From positions 24,109 through 88,108 of the IMG/VR virus record IMGVR_UViG_3300010354_000057: DNA of 64,000 nucleotides. The stretch is one strand, 5' to 3'. The notes under the pieces are model-generated. The model saw only the letters and a program-made list of their open reading frames with translations, was not told the DNA's origin and did no database searches. The position numbers were made by a program, and so were the translations under genes. Positions 10,581 to 20,707 of this stretch are shown piece after piece. This DNA is from a virus. Position 1 is the stretch's first letter; every line of letters starts with the position of its first letter.

Positions 10581-10781
10581 ATGATTGATTATGAAGATGA
10601 GTATCTCACACGTTGTGTCGTGGATCCCAGCACTCGTACTTTTTTCATTTACTCCAATTTAGGTACTGAAAAAGTAATTGATTGTGCTAATAGTAATGAA
10701 TTCCTGAATGTTCTCAGTTTTGTTCGGAGTATTCTTGGATCAGATACTTTAGTTTACGCCGATCCCCTTGTGAAAGGGTGA
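10581..10781 (+). CDS. Hypothetical protein
   Basis: Start moved to the ATG downstream of the promoter; AAGGTG RBS-like. Confidence 0.6.
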   Translation: MIDYEDEYLTRCVVDPSTRTFFIYSNLGTEKVIDCANSNEFLNVLSFVRSILGSDTLVYADPLVKG

Positions 10782-10786
10782 TCTTT

Positions 10787-10857
10787 GCGGGCATGGTGTA
10801 GCGGTAACATACCATCCTTCCAAGTTGTAGTCACGGGTTCGATCCCCGTTGCCCGCT
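10787..10857 (+). tRNA. tRNA-Gly(TCC)
   Basis: Acceptor GCGGGCA/TGCCCGC, anticodon loop CTTCCAA, T-arm GGGTTCGATCCC; CCA not encoded directly. Confidence 0.9.
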
Positions 10858-10930
10858 TACCAAAATTGGACTTTAATTCCATTTTTGGTCGAAAAAATTT
10901 CCCGCCAAAAATTTGCTAAAAACCCTTTTT

Positions 10931-11140
10931 ATGAATCCTTATCAAATTTCGTATAAAAAACTGAAAGAGGAAACTATTAAAACTACACCTGAAAATGTGA
11001 AAGAAGCAAATGAGGGATTATTTAATTGTACAATGACACTTCCCACTGCTGCTAAGCATTGTGGAATGTCCCAAAAAGAAATGAAATTGACATTTTACGA
11101 ATATCTTAAATATAATCCAAAAACATATGTGGGGGAATAA
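10931..11140 (+). CDS. Hypothetical protein (possible HTH)
   Basis: TLPTAAKHCGMSQKEM helix-turn-helix-like. Confidence 0.6.
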   Translation: MNPYQISYKKLKEETIKTTPENVKEANEGLFNCTMTLPTAAKHCGMSQKEMKLTFYEYLKYNPKTYVGE

Positions 11141-11195
11141 CTAAAGGGATTGAGGATAACTCTCCGCCCCCACCTATATAAAAAAAGAGATTCTT

Positions 11196-11471
11196 ATGGC
11201 GTATAGAATCGATACCACTTATTGTTGGTATACTATTGAGGGTCAGGATACTATTGTTAAAATGTATTTTATCAATGGAGTTCCTTTTACATTTGATGAA
11301 CTCCCATCAATTGCAATTAATGATCCAGAGATACTTTCTATAGCCGATAAAAACACTTCTTTTCAACCAGAAGATTTGTATAGAACATCTTTTTATTTGA
11401 TAGATGAGCAAGTGCATCCTTTTTTATTTCCAGTAGATCTAGAAAACCCAGAGGAATTACCAGATGATTGA
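11196..11471 (+). CDS. Conserved cyanophage-type hypothetical protein
   Basis: 91-aa ORF overlapping cpeT start. Confidence 0.6.
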   Translation: MAYRIDTTYCWYTIEGQDTIVKMYFINGVPFTFDELPSIAINDPEILSIADKNTSFQPEDLYRTSFYLIDEQVHPFLFPVDLENPEELPDD

Positions 11472-11952
11472 AGAATTTTGTAGATACTTTGAAGGTTATT
11501 TTAATAACCAAAAACAAGCATTTGCAAATCCAAGTGAATTTGCTCTTATAGAGATTGAACATCATCAAATTTCTAGTAATAAATTTAAAGCATCTCAAAA
11601 ATATAATACTGATCCAAATCCATATAGAAAAACAATTATTGAAGTAATTGAAAAAAAAGATCATCTTCTTTTAAAAAATTATAAAGATAATGAAGAAATG
11701 AATTATCTTTCTGGTTGTGATGTTATCATGAAATATAAAGATGGTAAGTTTTTTGGTAAAAATTCCTGTAAAGAATGTATTGTACCTTGGGGAGACAAGA
11801 CTACATATTTAATGACTGAAAGTATTCTTGGTGAAAACCTCTATGAAGTCATTGATCAAGGATTTAATGTAGAAAGTGATGGGCAAATCTGGGGATCTTT
11901 TAATGGATTTTTTAGATTTGATAAAATTAAATCGCTTAAAACTGGGGAGTAA
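11464..11952 (+). CDS. cpeT: T-type phycobiliprotein lyase (CpeT/CpcT)
   Basis: GYFNNQKQAFANP, PYR, GCD, CIV, D.GF...QIWGS..G.FRF motifs. Confidence 0.88.
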   Translation: MIEEFCRYFEGYFNNQKQAFANPSEFALIEIEHHQISSNKFKASQKYNTDPNPYRKTIIEVIEKKDHLLLKNYKDNEEMNYLSGCDVIMKYKDGKFFGKNSCKECIVPWGDKTTYLMTESILGENLYEVIDQGFNVESDGQIWGSFNGFFRFDKIKSLKTGE

Positions 11953-11964
11953 TCCTCTATTTTC

Positions 11965-12038
11965 GCCTTCGTAGCTCAGTTGGATAGAGCAGGGCTTTTG
12001 TAAAGCTCAGGTCGCAAGTTCAAGTCTTGTCGGGGGCT
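11965..12038 (+). tRNA. tRNA-Thr(TGT)
   Basis: Acceptor GCCTTCG/CGGGGGC, D-arm AGCTCAGTTGGATAGAGC, anticodon arm GGGCT-TTTGTAA-AGCTC, T-loop GTTCAAG. Confidence 0.93.
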
Positions 12039-12058
12039 TTGAGTTTATAACTCTAATA

Positions 12059-13195
12059 ATGAAAAACGAAGTAAATTTTAAATATATTGATGTATTTGAT
12101 AATAAAGATGTAACTTATGATTTGGAAAAATATCCAATGAATAAGATTATTCTTAGAGAAGTACAAAAATATTATCCAGATGTTCAAGATTTAAGTCTTC
12201 TTCATGAGCATGTTGAAGGGGGAAAAGTATCTGATTTGATGTCTAAAGTTAGTAAAGATCTAACTAAGACTGAATTTTATGAATATTTTGATGATATCGT
12301 TAAGCAATATGTGGTATCTCAAATTGATCGTGATGTTTTAATTCAGAAGTTTGGTAACGTTAGGGCAGTTATCCCAAATCAAGATAAAATTGGTGCTCTT
12401 CTTCATTTTCACCAAGGAAGATGGGTTGGTAACGGTCTTGGATTGAGAACTGTCTGGATGGCATTTACTGATTGTTATGAAAGCAATAGTTTACAAATTC
12501 TTCCCTTAGAGGAGAGTAGAAGAATTACAATCGATGCTGTTAAAGATAATTGGTCGTATGAAAAACTCCAGGAAGAGTGTACAAAATACGCATTTCCAGT
12601 AACAATTAAACCAGGACAATTCCATCTGTTCACTCAAGAGCATATTCATGGTAATTTTCCCAATCTTACTAATAAAACTAGAATTAGTATTGATGTAAGA
12701 ATTTTGTTGAAAGATGGTCAACCTCATCGTAAATGGCCTGGTGCATATTTCAGGAGACTTGGGGATCTTGATATTAATTCAACACCAGTAGAAATTAAAC
12801 CTGGAGAATCTACAGCAACTTATGCTGAGTATGAAGGATTTAAAACAAAAGGAATTGATCTCCATTTCCAAACTCTTACCGTAAGAAACTATTGTTCTAG
12901 AATGGGATATGTATTCCCTTATCAACATGCTGATAATGAAGGGACGCATCATGCACATTTAGAGCATTTGATTGAACATGGAAATATTGATCATCTATTC
13001 TTGTTTAGTATTTTTTCACTACCAGATGATCCTCAAAGAAGAAAATATTTGATGGACTTGGCATTAAAAAATAATTGTAAACTTCATTTTGCAAATGAAG
13101 AGTTTGTACTTGACAATGAGAAAATGTTGAGTAAAATAGAGTACTTAAGATCATTTACGAATGATTGGACAAATCCTGTTGATCAAGTTTTATGA
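12059..13195 (+). CDS. StrG-like 2OG-Fe(II) oxygenase fused to 'sporadic carbohydrate cluster' (LIC12192-like) domain
   Basis: N-terminal FHQG..GNG, HIHGN.PN.T..TRISID.R; C-terminal QTLTVRNYC...FSIFSLPDD...LHFANE. Confidence 0.6.
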   Translation: MKNEVNFKYIDVFDNKDVTYDLEKYPMNKIILREVQKYYPDVQDLSLLHEHVEGGKVSDLMSKVSKDLTKTEFYEYFDDIVKQYVVSQIDRDVLIQKFGNVRAVIPNQDKIGALLHFHQGRWVGNGLGLRTVWMAFTDCYESNSLQILPLEESRRITIDAVKDNWSYEKLQEECTKYAFPVTIKPGQFHLFTQEHIHGNFPNLTNKTRISIDVRILLKDGQPHRKWPGAYFRRLGDLDINSTPVEIKPGESTATYAEYEGFKTKGIDLHFQTLTVRNYCSRMGYVFPYQHADNEGTHHAHLEHLIEHGNIDHLFLFSIFSLPDDPQRRKYLMDLALKNNCKLHFANEEFVLDNEKMLSKIEYLRSFTNDWTNPVDQVL

Positions 13196-13374
13196 AAATT
13201 AATTTGTGGTATTGTAATGATATGAAACAATGGCGTTGGACATTATGTGATGATTCTCGTCCAATTTTAAAACAAGAATCTGGACAAAGACCAGATCTTA
13301 GAGATGCTATGAATGATGTTGCTAATACTGTTGAATACATACTTGACAATAAGGTAAAAACTGTTATAATTTAA
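13192..13374 (+). CDS. Hypothetical protein
   Basis: 60 aa, MKINLWYC..QWRWTL, overlaps upstream stop. Confidence 0.6.
   Translation: MKINLWYCNDMKQWRWTLCDDSRPILKQESGQRPDLRDAMNDVANTVEYILDNKVKTVII
13343..13370 (+). promoter_or_regulatory. Sigma70-type promoter
   Basis: TTGACA-N16-TATAAT. Confidence 0.65.
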
Positions 13375-13415
13375 ATGCGATACTAATTCGCGCAGTGACC
13401 CAAAAAGTGTGACTT

Positions 13416-13444
13416 CAAAACCCTCTTTTAGAGGGTTTTGTTGT
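13416..13444 (+). terminator. Intrinsic terminator-like hairpin
   Basis: CAAAACCCTC-TTTTA-GAGGGTTTTG followed by TTGT. Confidence 0.65.
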
Positions 13445-13468
13445 ATGGAAATCATGGTTTTTTATCCG

Positions 13469-13476
13469 AATAAATA
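13469..13476 (+). promoter_or_regulatory. T4-type late promoter
   Basis: AATAAATA about 30 nt upstream of the tail fibre gene. Confidence 0.55.
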
Positions 13477-13505
13477 AAACATAGTAGAAACCTAAGAGTA
13501 ATAAA

Positions 13506-16500
13506 ATGGGTCTTAGCCGCTTAGATAATTTCCTGAAAAATAGTAGAGGAAATACCCTTTATGTTGATCCATCGAGTATAGATGCTACTGATAGTATCGA
13601 AAATCAAGGCAATTCTCTTGCCCGTCCTTTTAAATCAATCCAAAGAGCACTGATAGAAGCCGCAAGATTTTCCTATCAAAGAGGATTTGATAATGATAGA
13701 TTTGGTAGGACGACTATTATAGTTTATCCAGGTGATCATATTATTGATAATAGACCTGGATGGATACCCATACATGAAGCGCCTGTTAGTGGCAGTAATT
13801 GGAGGCAAAGAAGTGGGGCATTATCTAATAATTTTACTGCTTTTAATTTAGATTCAAATTTTGATGTATTTGATGATGAAAATGATTTATATAAGTTCAA
13901 TAGTGTTTATGGTGGAGTAATTATTCCTCGTGGAACTTCTTTAGTTGGACTAGATCTTAGAAAAACAAAAATAAGACCTAGATTTGTTCCAGATCCAACA
14001 AATGATAACATTTCTTCAACAGCAATTTTTAGAGTAACTGGATCTTGTTATTTTTATCAATTTACTCTTTTTGATGCTGATCCAGCGGGAACGGTTTATA
14101 ATTCATATAATACTACAAAATTTGTTCCAAACTATTCTCACCATAAAGTTACTGCTTTTGAATATGCTGATGGTGCAAATCCAGTAAAATTTAATGATAC
14201 ATTTTTAACATATTCTACTGATAGAACGGACTTAGATTTATATTATCAGAAAATTGGATTGGCATATGGTCCATCTAGTGGTAGAGATATTCAAAATGAT
14301 TATCCAAGCACTCTCATTGATGTACAAGCAAAGGTTGATGAATTTAGAATTGTTGGATCTAAAGGACAGGATGTTGGAATTACTAGCATTAAATCTGGTA
14401 ATGGTGTTACTGCTACTACGACTATTACCGTAGATCTTGAAGAGGTAATTCCAGGAATAGACGTAGATACTCCCATTAGAATTGAAGGAGTTCCAGTTTC
14501 TGGATATAATGGACAATATGTAATATCTACTGTTGAATCTCCCACTAGAATTACATATAAAACTTCTGTTGCTCCTGTAAATCCTCTTCCAACTATTGTT
14601 AGTGGATCCCCAACTCTTAATATTGTAGTAGATACAGTTACTTCATCATCACCTTATATCTTTAACTGTTCACTAAGATCAGTTTTTGGTATGTGTGGAT
14701 TACATGCTGATGGAAGCAAAGCAGATGGATTTAAATCCATGGTTGTTGCTCAATTTACTGGTATTGGATTGCAGAAAGATGACAATGCCTTTGTGAAGTA
14801 TAATTCTTCTACGGGTGTTTATGAAGATAGTACTGCTGTAACTAATATTCATACTAATTCATCTGCTTTATACAAACCAACATACGAAAGTTTTCATATT
14901 AAAGCATCTAATGATGCTTTCTTACAGTTAGTATCAATTTTTGCTATTGGTTATGCTAATCACTTCTTAGTAGAAAGTGGTGGTGATCATTCTATTACTA
15001 ATTCAAACTCTAACTTTGGTGCAAAAGCATTAGTTGCTAGAGGATTTAAGAGAGAATCATTCCCAAGAGATGATACTGGATTTATAACTCATATTATCCC
15101 ACCAAAAGAAATTGAAAATTCCGATGTAACAATTGAATTTGATGCTATTGATGTTGGAAGGACAGTTGGAATTGCTTCTACGTCTAGATTATATCTTTAT
15201 AATAGAACTAATCCTAATGATCCCCCAAACCATATTTTAGAGGGATATAGAATAGGTGCTAAAAAAGGTGATAGTCTTCATGTATTAATTAATGATGGTA
15301 ACGGGACTACTCAATCCTTATCTGCTAGAATAGTAATGCCAAATACCCAAAACACGGGTATTTATGAATCAACTTATAGGAAAATAGTTCATGTCGGTAG
15401 AACTAATGCTGGTATTAATAGTATTGCTGCAGATACATTAACTTTTACCACACCTCACAAATTCATAAATGGTGAAACGATTAGAATTTTTAGTAGTACT
15501 GGTGAACTTCCAGATGGATTGAATCACAATCAAGTTTATTATGCAATTACTAGTGGAGTTAATGCCGATCAAATTCAAATAGCACAAACTTTTAATGATA
15601 CTGTTACTGCTGATGCTATTTCTATTAATAATAAAGGTGGAATACTATTAGTAGAGAGTAGAGTATCAGATAAAGTTTCTGGTGATCCTGGACACCCAAT
15701 TCAATTTGATACTAATGTTGGTCAATGGTATTTGACTGTAAGTGGGATATCAACCTTTAATAATTTAACACCAGCAATCGTTGGATTGGGAACTACATCA
15801 CTGGGGAATGCTACATCTAGATCATTTATAAAAAGAAAACCAGATACTAGATCTTTAAGTGATAAAATTTATAAAGCTAGATATGTTATTCCAAGAGATG
15901 CTGTAGTTGTTGCAAGACCACCTCAAGAAGGATTTGTAATTCAAGAATCTAATGATACTATTGGTGGAACATCTGCGGAAATTTTGAAGTATAATAGTGT
16001 AGATTCTGTATCTTTATCCAATAGTTCTGAATTAAGAAACTATAGATTAATATCTAATGCTATTTGGGATAGTTTAGTAGGTATTGCGACTTATACCACA
16101 GAAGTTCCCCATGAATTATCTGTTGGATCTTTAGTTGAAATTAAAAATATTAAAACCACGACAAACACTGCTGGAATTGGTAACAGTGGGTTTAATGGAT
16201 ATTATGAGGTAACTTCTAAACCAACCAGACGATCTTTTACAGTAGGATTAACTACTAATCCTGGAACTTTTATTAGCAATACCTCTTTAAGAAATCAAAA
16301 TTTACCTTATTATCGTAGAGCAAGATTTAATAATACTTTTGTAGTCTATAAGACTAAAGAAATTCAAGAATATGTTCCAAATGATAAAGATGGAATTTAT
16401 CATTTAACCCTTCTAAGTGTTTCTAATTCACCTAATGTTGTACCTTTTGATGGATTAAAATTTTCTCAACCAATCAAAAATCTTTACCCACAATTAGATA

Positions 16501-19391
16501 GAGATAACTCAGATTCTGATCCACCAAAAGCAACTTCGTTTGCTCTACCAAATCCTATTGGATTAGTTGAAATTAACAACCCAGAATATAGCATTACTAG
16601 AGAAACACTAGTAAATCAGTTACATGATTTTGCTGTTGGATTTGGATTAACCGATATTAGATCTTCGTCTGGTGTAGCGCATACTCTGTATACAAAATTA
16701 GATCATGGACTAAACAGAATTACCACTGTTGGTATTGTTAGTACTGGTGTAAATTATGGTACTGGATCTGGAACAGACCAAACTTTATATAATGCTCGTT
16801 TAGTTGGATTCGCTGGATCAACTACTGGAAAATTTGCTACCGCTAATGTAAAGATTAATGCTACTGGTAGAATTACTGCTGTTAATATTGTTGATGGTGG
16901 TAGTGCATATGGAATTGGCAATACTTTAGCCGTTGTTGGTATTGCAACAACTACTGGGCATATTGTTGGTGTTGTATCTGTAACTGGAATATACAATAAT
17001 ATTGGAGATTGTATTGCCATAGAAGGTGTACAAGGGGATACATTTAAAACTTATAATAATCTGTATAGAATTACAAGTATAAATGTAGGGCAAGAAAAAC
17101 AAATACAGGTTTCTTCATCATCAACAGTTACTGCTGATTATGAATTTGTTGGATCATTCCCGATAACTGGTGTTAATACTAATGGATTAATTAATGTTAA
17201 TAGTGATGCTTTGCTTTATACTGCTGCATATGTTTCTGGTAAAACTTTAGGAATTTCATCGATAACATATACCAAAACAACTGGTATTGCTAGTGTTACT
17301 TTTTCTGAACCTCATGGTTATTATGTTGACAATAAAATAAGAATTAGTGGATTTAATGAAGGATTTTATAATGATGATTTTATTGTAAAGAAAATTCATA
17401 GTGTAACGTCTATAGATGTTTTTGTTGGTGTATCTACTATTTCTTTAGGAACGACTTCAACTTCTGGTGCTTATGCTTTTAAACCAGGATTTGGTGCTCA
17501 AGGTGGATTTTTATCGGATAATAATGAAAGAACATCTGGAAGAATAACTCCATATTATGCTGGCATTACAACTACTTTATCTGTAGCATTAACTAACCCA
17601 AGCACAAATGTCCTTACTGTTGGCAATGCTTTAAGACTTAATCTACAAGTTGGAGATTATTTGATAGTTAATAATGAAATTATGAGGGTGTCCTCTACTG
17701 TTACATCTTCAACACAAATTAATGTTTTCCGTGGTTTATTTGGTAGTTCTAAAGAAAGTCACTCTGTAAATTCTGTTATAAGAAGAATTAAATTCTTACC
17801 AATTGAATTTAGAAGAAATTCAATTCTTCGTGCATCTGGACATACATTTGAATACCTTGGATTTGGTCCTGGTAACTATTCCACAGCGTTACCAGAAAGA
17901 CAGGATAGAAAATTCACCGATACTGAAAGAATACTTTCTCAGGCAGTTAGTGATGACGGTGGTGCTCCAATCTACACAGGAATGGATGATCGTGGTAATA
18001 ATTATACTGTTAATGCCGTTACTAATTCGTCAACAGGTCAAGAACTTCTAGTAAATACTCCAATTCCTTCTGTAAGAGGTGAAGATCTAACTTCTGATAC
18101 AACTTCTATTGGATTTGATGTTCAATCTACTTCAGAATTGACGATTGAAAGATCTTTAAAGGTTGAAGGTGGAACTTCTGGGACAATAATTTCCGAATTT
18201 AATGGACCTGTTATATTCAATAATAAATTATCGTCTAATTCTGATGAAGGAATTGAGGCAAACTCTTTATTCCTTCAGGGTGATGCTACTATTTCTAGAA
18301 GATATACTGTGGGTGTATCTCAACCATCTCTTGCAGGTATCCCAGGAGATATTGTATTCTATTCTGATCCACATCCAGGTGGCACCATTGGATGGGTATA
18401 TACTGTAGAAAATGATTGGAAAGAATTTGCACCAATTAAGAATAATAATGGTCATTTTGTAGGTATCTTTAGTGGAACATTTATTGGTGATGGATCTAAT
18501 CTTAGTAGTGTTTCTGATATTTGGGTATTTGATGGGGTTGGTATTTCAACCACTGCAAATGTTGGTATTGAAACTACCTCAGCAAAACCAGGATATTCTT
18601 TATATGCTTCTGGTCCAGTATTATTTGAAAATAACGTAGAGTTTAGATCGCAATCACTTCTCTGGAATATCACTAATGGTTTCTTAGTTAATACTGGTAT
18701 TACCACATTTAATCAACAATTAAATGCTAATACATTCAGAACAGTAGGTGTTGCTACGTTCCAAAATGATGTTATTGTAACTACAAACCCAGCGACAACT
18801 GGTGATACCGCAGGAAATTATTTAAAATTTGTACAAACTGATACTAATATAAACGCTTCTTATTTCTACGGTGGTATTCTTTGGGATGGTAATGATTCTG
18901 GGAATAATGGGACCAGGGGATATATTAGAGGTGAATCTGAGGGAACATCTGGACAATTTGCTATAACTTTTGCCACGCAAGGATCTGGTGCAAGTAATCC
19001 TCAAGAGAGATTAAGACTTGATAGTGCTGGTGATGTAAATGTTATTAATAACTTAAACGTTGGTGTTAATATTGTTGCTGCAGGTGAAATAACCGCTAAT
19101 TCTGATGAAAGAATAAAAACCAATATTAAGACAATTGACAATGCACTCGACAAAGTTCTACAACTTCGTGGAGTTGAGTATGATCGTACAGATATTGACA
19201 AGCATCAAATTGGTGTTATTGCACAAGAAGTTGAAAAAGTCTTCCCAGATCTAGTCCTAGATGGTGAGAAAAAGTCTGTTGCTTATGGTAACATGGTGGC
19301 AGTTCTTATTGAGGCAATCAAAGAGCAACAAAAGCAAATTGATGCTCAATCCAAGCAAATTGAAGAACTGATCAAAAGACTTGACGGTTAA
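13506..19391 (+). CDS. Large tail fibre/virion protein with C-terminal peptidase S74 chaperone domain
   Basis: 1961 aa; MGLSRLDNFLKN...LYVDP..D..DS..NQGNSLARPFKSIQRA; C-terminal SDERIKTNI...IGVIAQEVE...VAYGNMVAVLIEAIKE plus coiled coil. Confidence 0.85.
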   Translation: MGLSRLDNFLKNSRGNTLYVDPSSIDATDSIENQGNSLARPFKSIQRALIEAARFSYQRGFDNDRFGRTTIIVYPGDHIIDNRPGWIPIHEAPVSGSNWRQRSGALSNNFTAFNLDSNFDVFDDENDLYKFNSVYGGVIIPRGTSLVGLDLRKTKIRPRFVPDPTNDNISSTAIFRVTGSCYFYQFTLFDADPAGTVYNSYNTTKFVPNYSHHKVTAFEYADGANPVKFNDTFLTYSTDRTDLDLYYQKIGLAYGPSSGRDIQNDYPSTLIDVQAKVDEFRIVGSKGQDVGITSIKSGNGVTATTTITVDLEEVIPGIDVDTPIRIEGVPVSGYNGQYVISTVESPTRITYKTSVAPVNPLPTIVSGSPTLNIVVDTVTSSSPYIFNCSLRSVFGMCGLHADGSKADGFKSMVVAQFTGIGLQKDDNAFVKYNSSTGVYEDSTAVTNIHTNSSALYKPTYESFHIKASNDAFLQLVSIFAIGYANHFLVESGGDHSITNSNSNFGAKALVARGFKRESFPRDDTGFITHIIPPKEIENSDVTIEFDAIDVGRTVGIASTSRLYLYNRTNPNDPPNHILEGYRIGAKKGDSLHVLINDGNGTTQSLSARIVMPNTQNTGIYESTYRKIVHVGRTNAGINSIAADTLTFTTPHKFINGETIRIFSSTGELPDGLNHNQVYYAITSGVNADQIQIAQTFNDTVTADAISINNKGGILLVESRVSDKVSGDPGHPIQFDTNVGQWYLTVSGISTFNNLTPAIVGLGTTSLGNATSRSFIKRKPDTRSLSDKIYKARYVIPRDAVVVARPPQEGFVIQESNDTIGGTSAEILKYNSVDSVSLSNSSELRNYRLISNAIWDSLVGIATYTTEVPHELSVGSLVEIKNIKTTTNTAGIGNSGFNGYYEVTSKPTRRSFTVGLTTNPGTFISNTSLRNQNLPYYRRARFNNTFVVYKTKEIQEYVPNDKDGIYHLTLLSVSNSPNVVPFDGLKFSQPIKNLYPQLDRDNSDSDPPKATSFALPNPIGLVEINNPEYSITRETLVNQLHDFAVGFGLTDIRSSSGVAHTLYTKLDHGLNRITTVGIVSTGVNYGTGSGTDQTLYNARLVGFAGSTTGKFATANVKINATGRITAVNIVDGGSAYGIGNTLAVVGIATTTGHIVGVVSVTGIYNNIGDCIAIEGVQGDTFKTYNNLYRITSINVGQEKQIQVSSSSTVTADYEFVGSFPITGVNTNGLINVNSDALLYTAAYVSGKTLGISSITYTKTTGIASVTFSEPHGYYVDNKIRISGFNEGFYNDDFIVKKIHSVTSIDVFVGVSTISLGTTSTSGAYAFKPGFGAQGGFLSDNNERTSGRITPYYAGITTTLSVALTNPSTNVLTVGNALRLNLQVGDYLIVNNEIMRVSSTVTSSTQINVFRGLFGSSKESHSVNSVIRRIKFLPIEFRRNSILRASGHTFEYLGFGPGNYSTALPERQDRKFTDTERILSQAVSDDGGAPIYTGMDDRGNNYTVNAVTNSSTGQELLVNTPIPSVRGEDLTSDTTSIGFDVQSTSELTIERSLKVEGGTSGTIISEFNGPVIFNNKLSSNSDEGIEANSLFLQGDATISRRYTVGVSQPSLAGIPGDIVFYSDPHPGGTIGWVYTVENDWKEFAPIKNNNGHFVGIFSGTFIGDGSNLSSVSDIWVFDGVGISTTANVGIETTSAKPGYSLYASGPVLFENNVEFRSQSLLWNITNGFLVNTGITTFNQQLNANTFRTVGVATFQNDVIVTTNPATTGDTAGNYLKFVQTDTNINASYFYGGILWDGNDSGNNGTRGYIRGESEGTSGQFAITFATQGSGASNPQERLRLDSAGDVNVINNLNVGVNIVAAGEITANSDERIKTNIKTIDNALDKVLQLRGVEYDRTDIDKHQIGVIAQEVEKVFPDLVLDGEKKSVAYGNMVAVLIEAIKEQQKQIDAQSKQIEELIKRLDG

Positions 19392-19393
19392 TT

Positions 19394-19452
19394 GACCAGT
19401 TGATAAACTGTCACAAGGGGTCCCCCAGGACCCCTTCTTTTTGCTGTATAAT
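19394..19452 (+). promoter_or_regulatory. Early promoter element: palindrome + hairpin + -10 (copy 1)
   Basis: GACCAGTTGATAAACTGTCAC, hairpin AGGGGTCC-ccca-GGACCCCT, TATAAT. Confidence 0.75.
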
Positions 19453-19465
19453 AATTCTATCGTCA

Positions 19466-20707
19466 ATGAGTTCCATGTTCCAACTTCGCCCCCATCAGAA
19501 ATCTGCTCTTGAGGCGATGCTGCTTCATGCCAAAGGAATTGTCGTTGCTCCGACTGGTGCAGGCAAGAGTATCATTGCTATCTATGATACCATCCGTCAG
19601 TTTGCTCTAGGCAATCAGACTGTGGTAGTCGTTGCTCCTAGGTTGCTGCTTGCTCAGCAGTTGTGCTCTGAGTTTATGGAGCACATCACTGACGCCTCTG
19701 TGATGCATGTTCACTCTGCTAAGGATTGTCATTACTTTGCTACAACTAAACCTTCTGAGATTGGTGACTGGTGTGAAAATACTCAGGGTAACAAACTGAT
19801 CTTCACTACCTATAACTCTCTTCAGCGTGTCGTTGATGCAGGTATTCATGTTAATGCTATCTATTTTGACGAAGCACACAATTCTGTTAAAAAGTCATTT
19901 TTTGATGGCACACGCATTCTATCTAAGTATGCTGATCGTTGCTATTTCTTTACTGCAACTCCGAAGTATTCTGCTACTCCGAAGAAACCAGGAATGAATG
20001 ATCAGGAAGTATATGGTAAGATCATTTTCAATGTTCCTGCCCCTGAACTGATTGCTAACGGTTCTATTCTCCCTCCTAAGATTAATGCTATGAACATTGG
20101 TTTTGTCCGTGATAAGGATCAGAACCCTGCTGAAAGGGATTGTATGACCCTTCTGGACACGATCCTCAATGAGGATCATATGGACAAAGTTCTTGTCGCT
20201 GCACCCAACACTCAGGTTTTGATCCGTATGATTGCTGAGACTGACTTTATGACAGAAGTTCAGTCTTATGGATATGATGTTCTCTGGATTACCGCTAAGT
20301 ATGGTGCGTTCATCAACAACACTAAAATCAGTCGTGAAGAGTTCTTTAACAAAATTTCTGATTTTGGCAAAGATCCCAACAAAAAGTTCATTGTCCTTCA
20401 TTACTCCATCCTTAGCGAAGGTATTTCTGTGCCTGGTCTTACTTCTCTTGTTATGATGCGTCAGATGAATGTGATTGAAATGTGTCAGTCTATTGGTCGT
20501 GTCATCCGTCTCCATCTGGATGATATTAAAGGCATTCAGAATGGACAAATCAAAGCAGGTGATCTGGATGCCTATACCAAGTCTTTTGGTTTGATCCATG
20601 TCCCTGTTTACAGCAACACTGGCATCTCTACTGTGCGTCGCCTGCAATCTGTGGTTGACACCGTGTTTGTTGAAGGTCAACCTGCTATCTCGGTAATCAA
20701 AAAATGA
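19466..20707 (+). CDS. SF2 DEAD/DEAH-like helicase (ResIII-like)
   Basis: LRPHQ, APTGAGKS, DEAH, TAT, SEGI, QSIGR; start reassigned to ATG after the -10 box. Confidence 0.9.
   Translation: MSSMFQLRPHQKSALEAMLLHAKGIVVAPTGAGKSIIAIYDTIRQFALGNQTVVVVAPRLLLAQQLCSEFMEHITDASVMHVHSAKDCHYFATTKPSEIGDWCENTQGNKLIFTTYNSLQRVVDAGIHVNAIYFDEAHNSVKKSFFDGTRILSKYADRCYFFTATPKYSATPKKPGMNDQEVYGKIIFNVPAPELIANGSILPPKINAMNIGFVRDKDQNPAERDCMTLLDTILNEDHMDKVLVAAPNTQVLIRMIAETDFMTEVQSYGYDVLWITAKYGAFINNTKISREEFFNKISDFGKDPNKKFIVLHYSILSEGISVPGLTSLVMMRQMNVIEMCQSIGRVIRLHLDDIKGIQNGQIKAGDLDAYTKSFGLIHVPVYSNTGISTVRRLQSVVDTVFVEGQPAISVIKK

Noticed and set aside
19400-19465. TTG-start N-terminal extension of the helicase (likewise 62910-62999 and 10542-10580)
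   Set aside because: Overlaps promoter elements; the downstream ATG is more plausible
19919-20680. 253-aa minus-strand ORF
   Set aside because: Antisense to the helicase with no motifs; a codon-bias shadow. The same applies to most short minus-strand ORFs, e.g. 51193-51690 and 62329-62802
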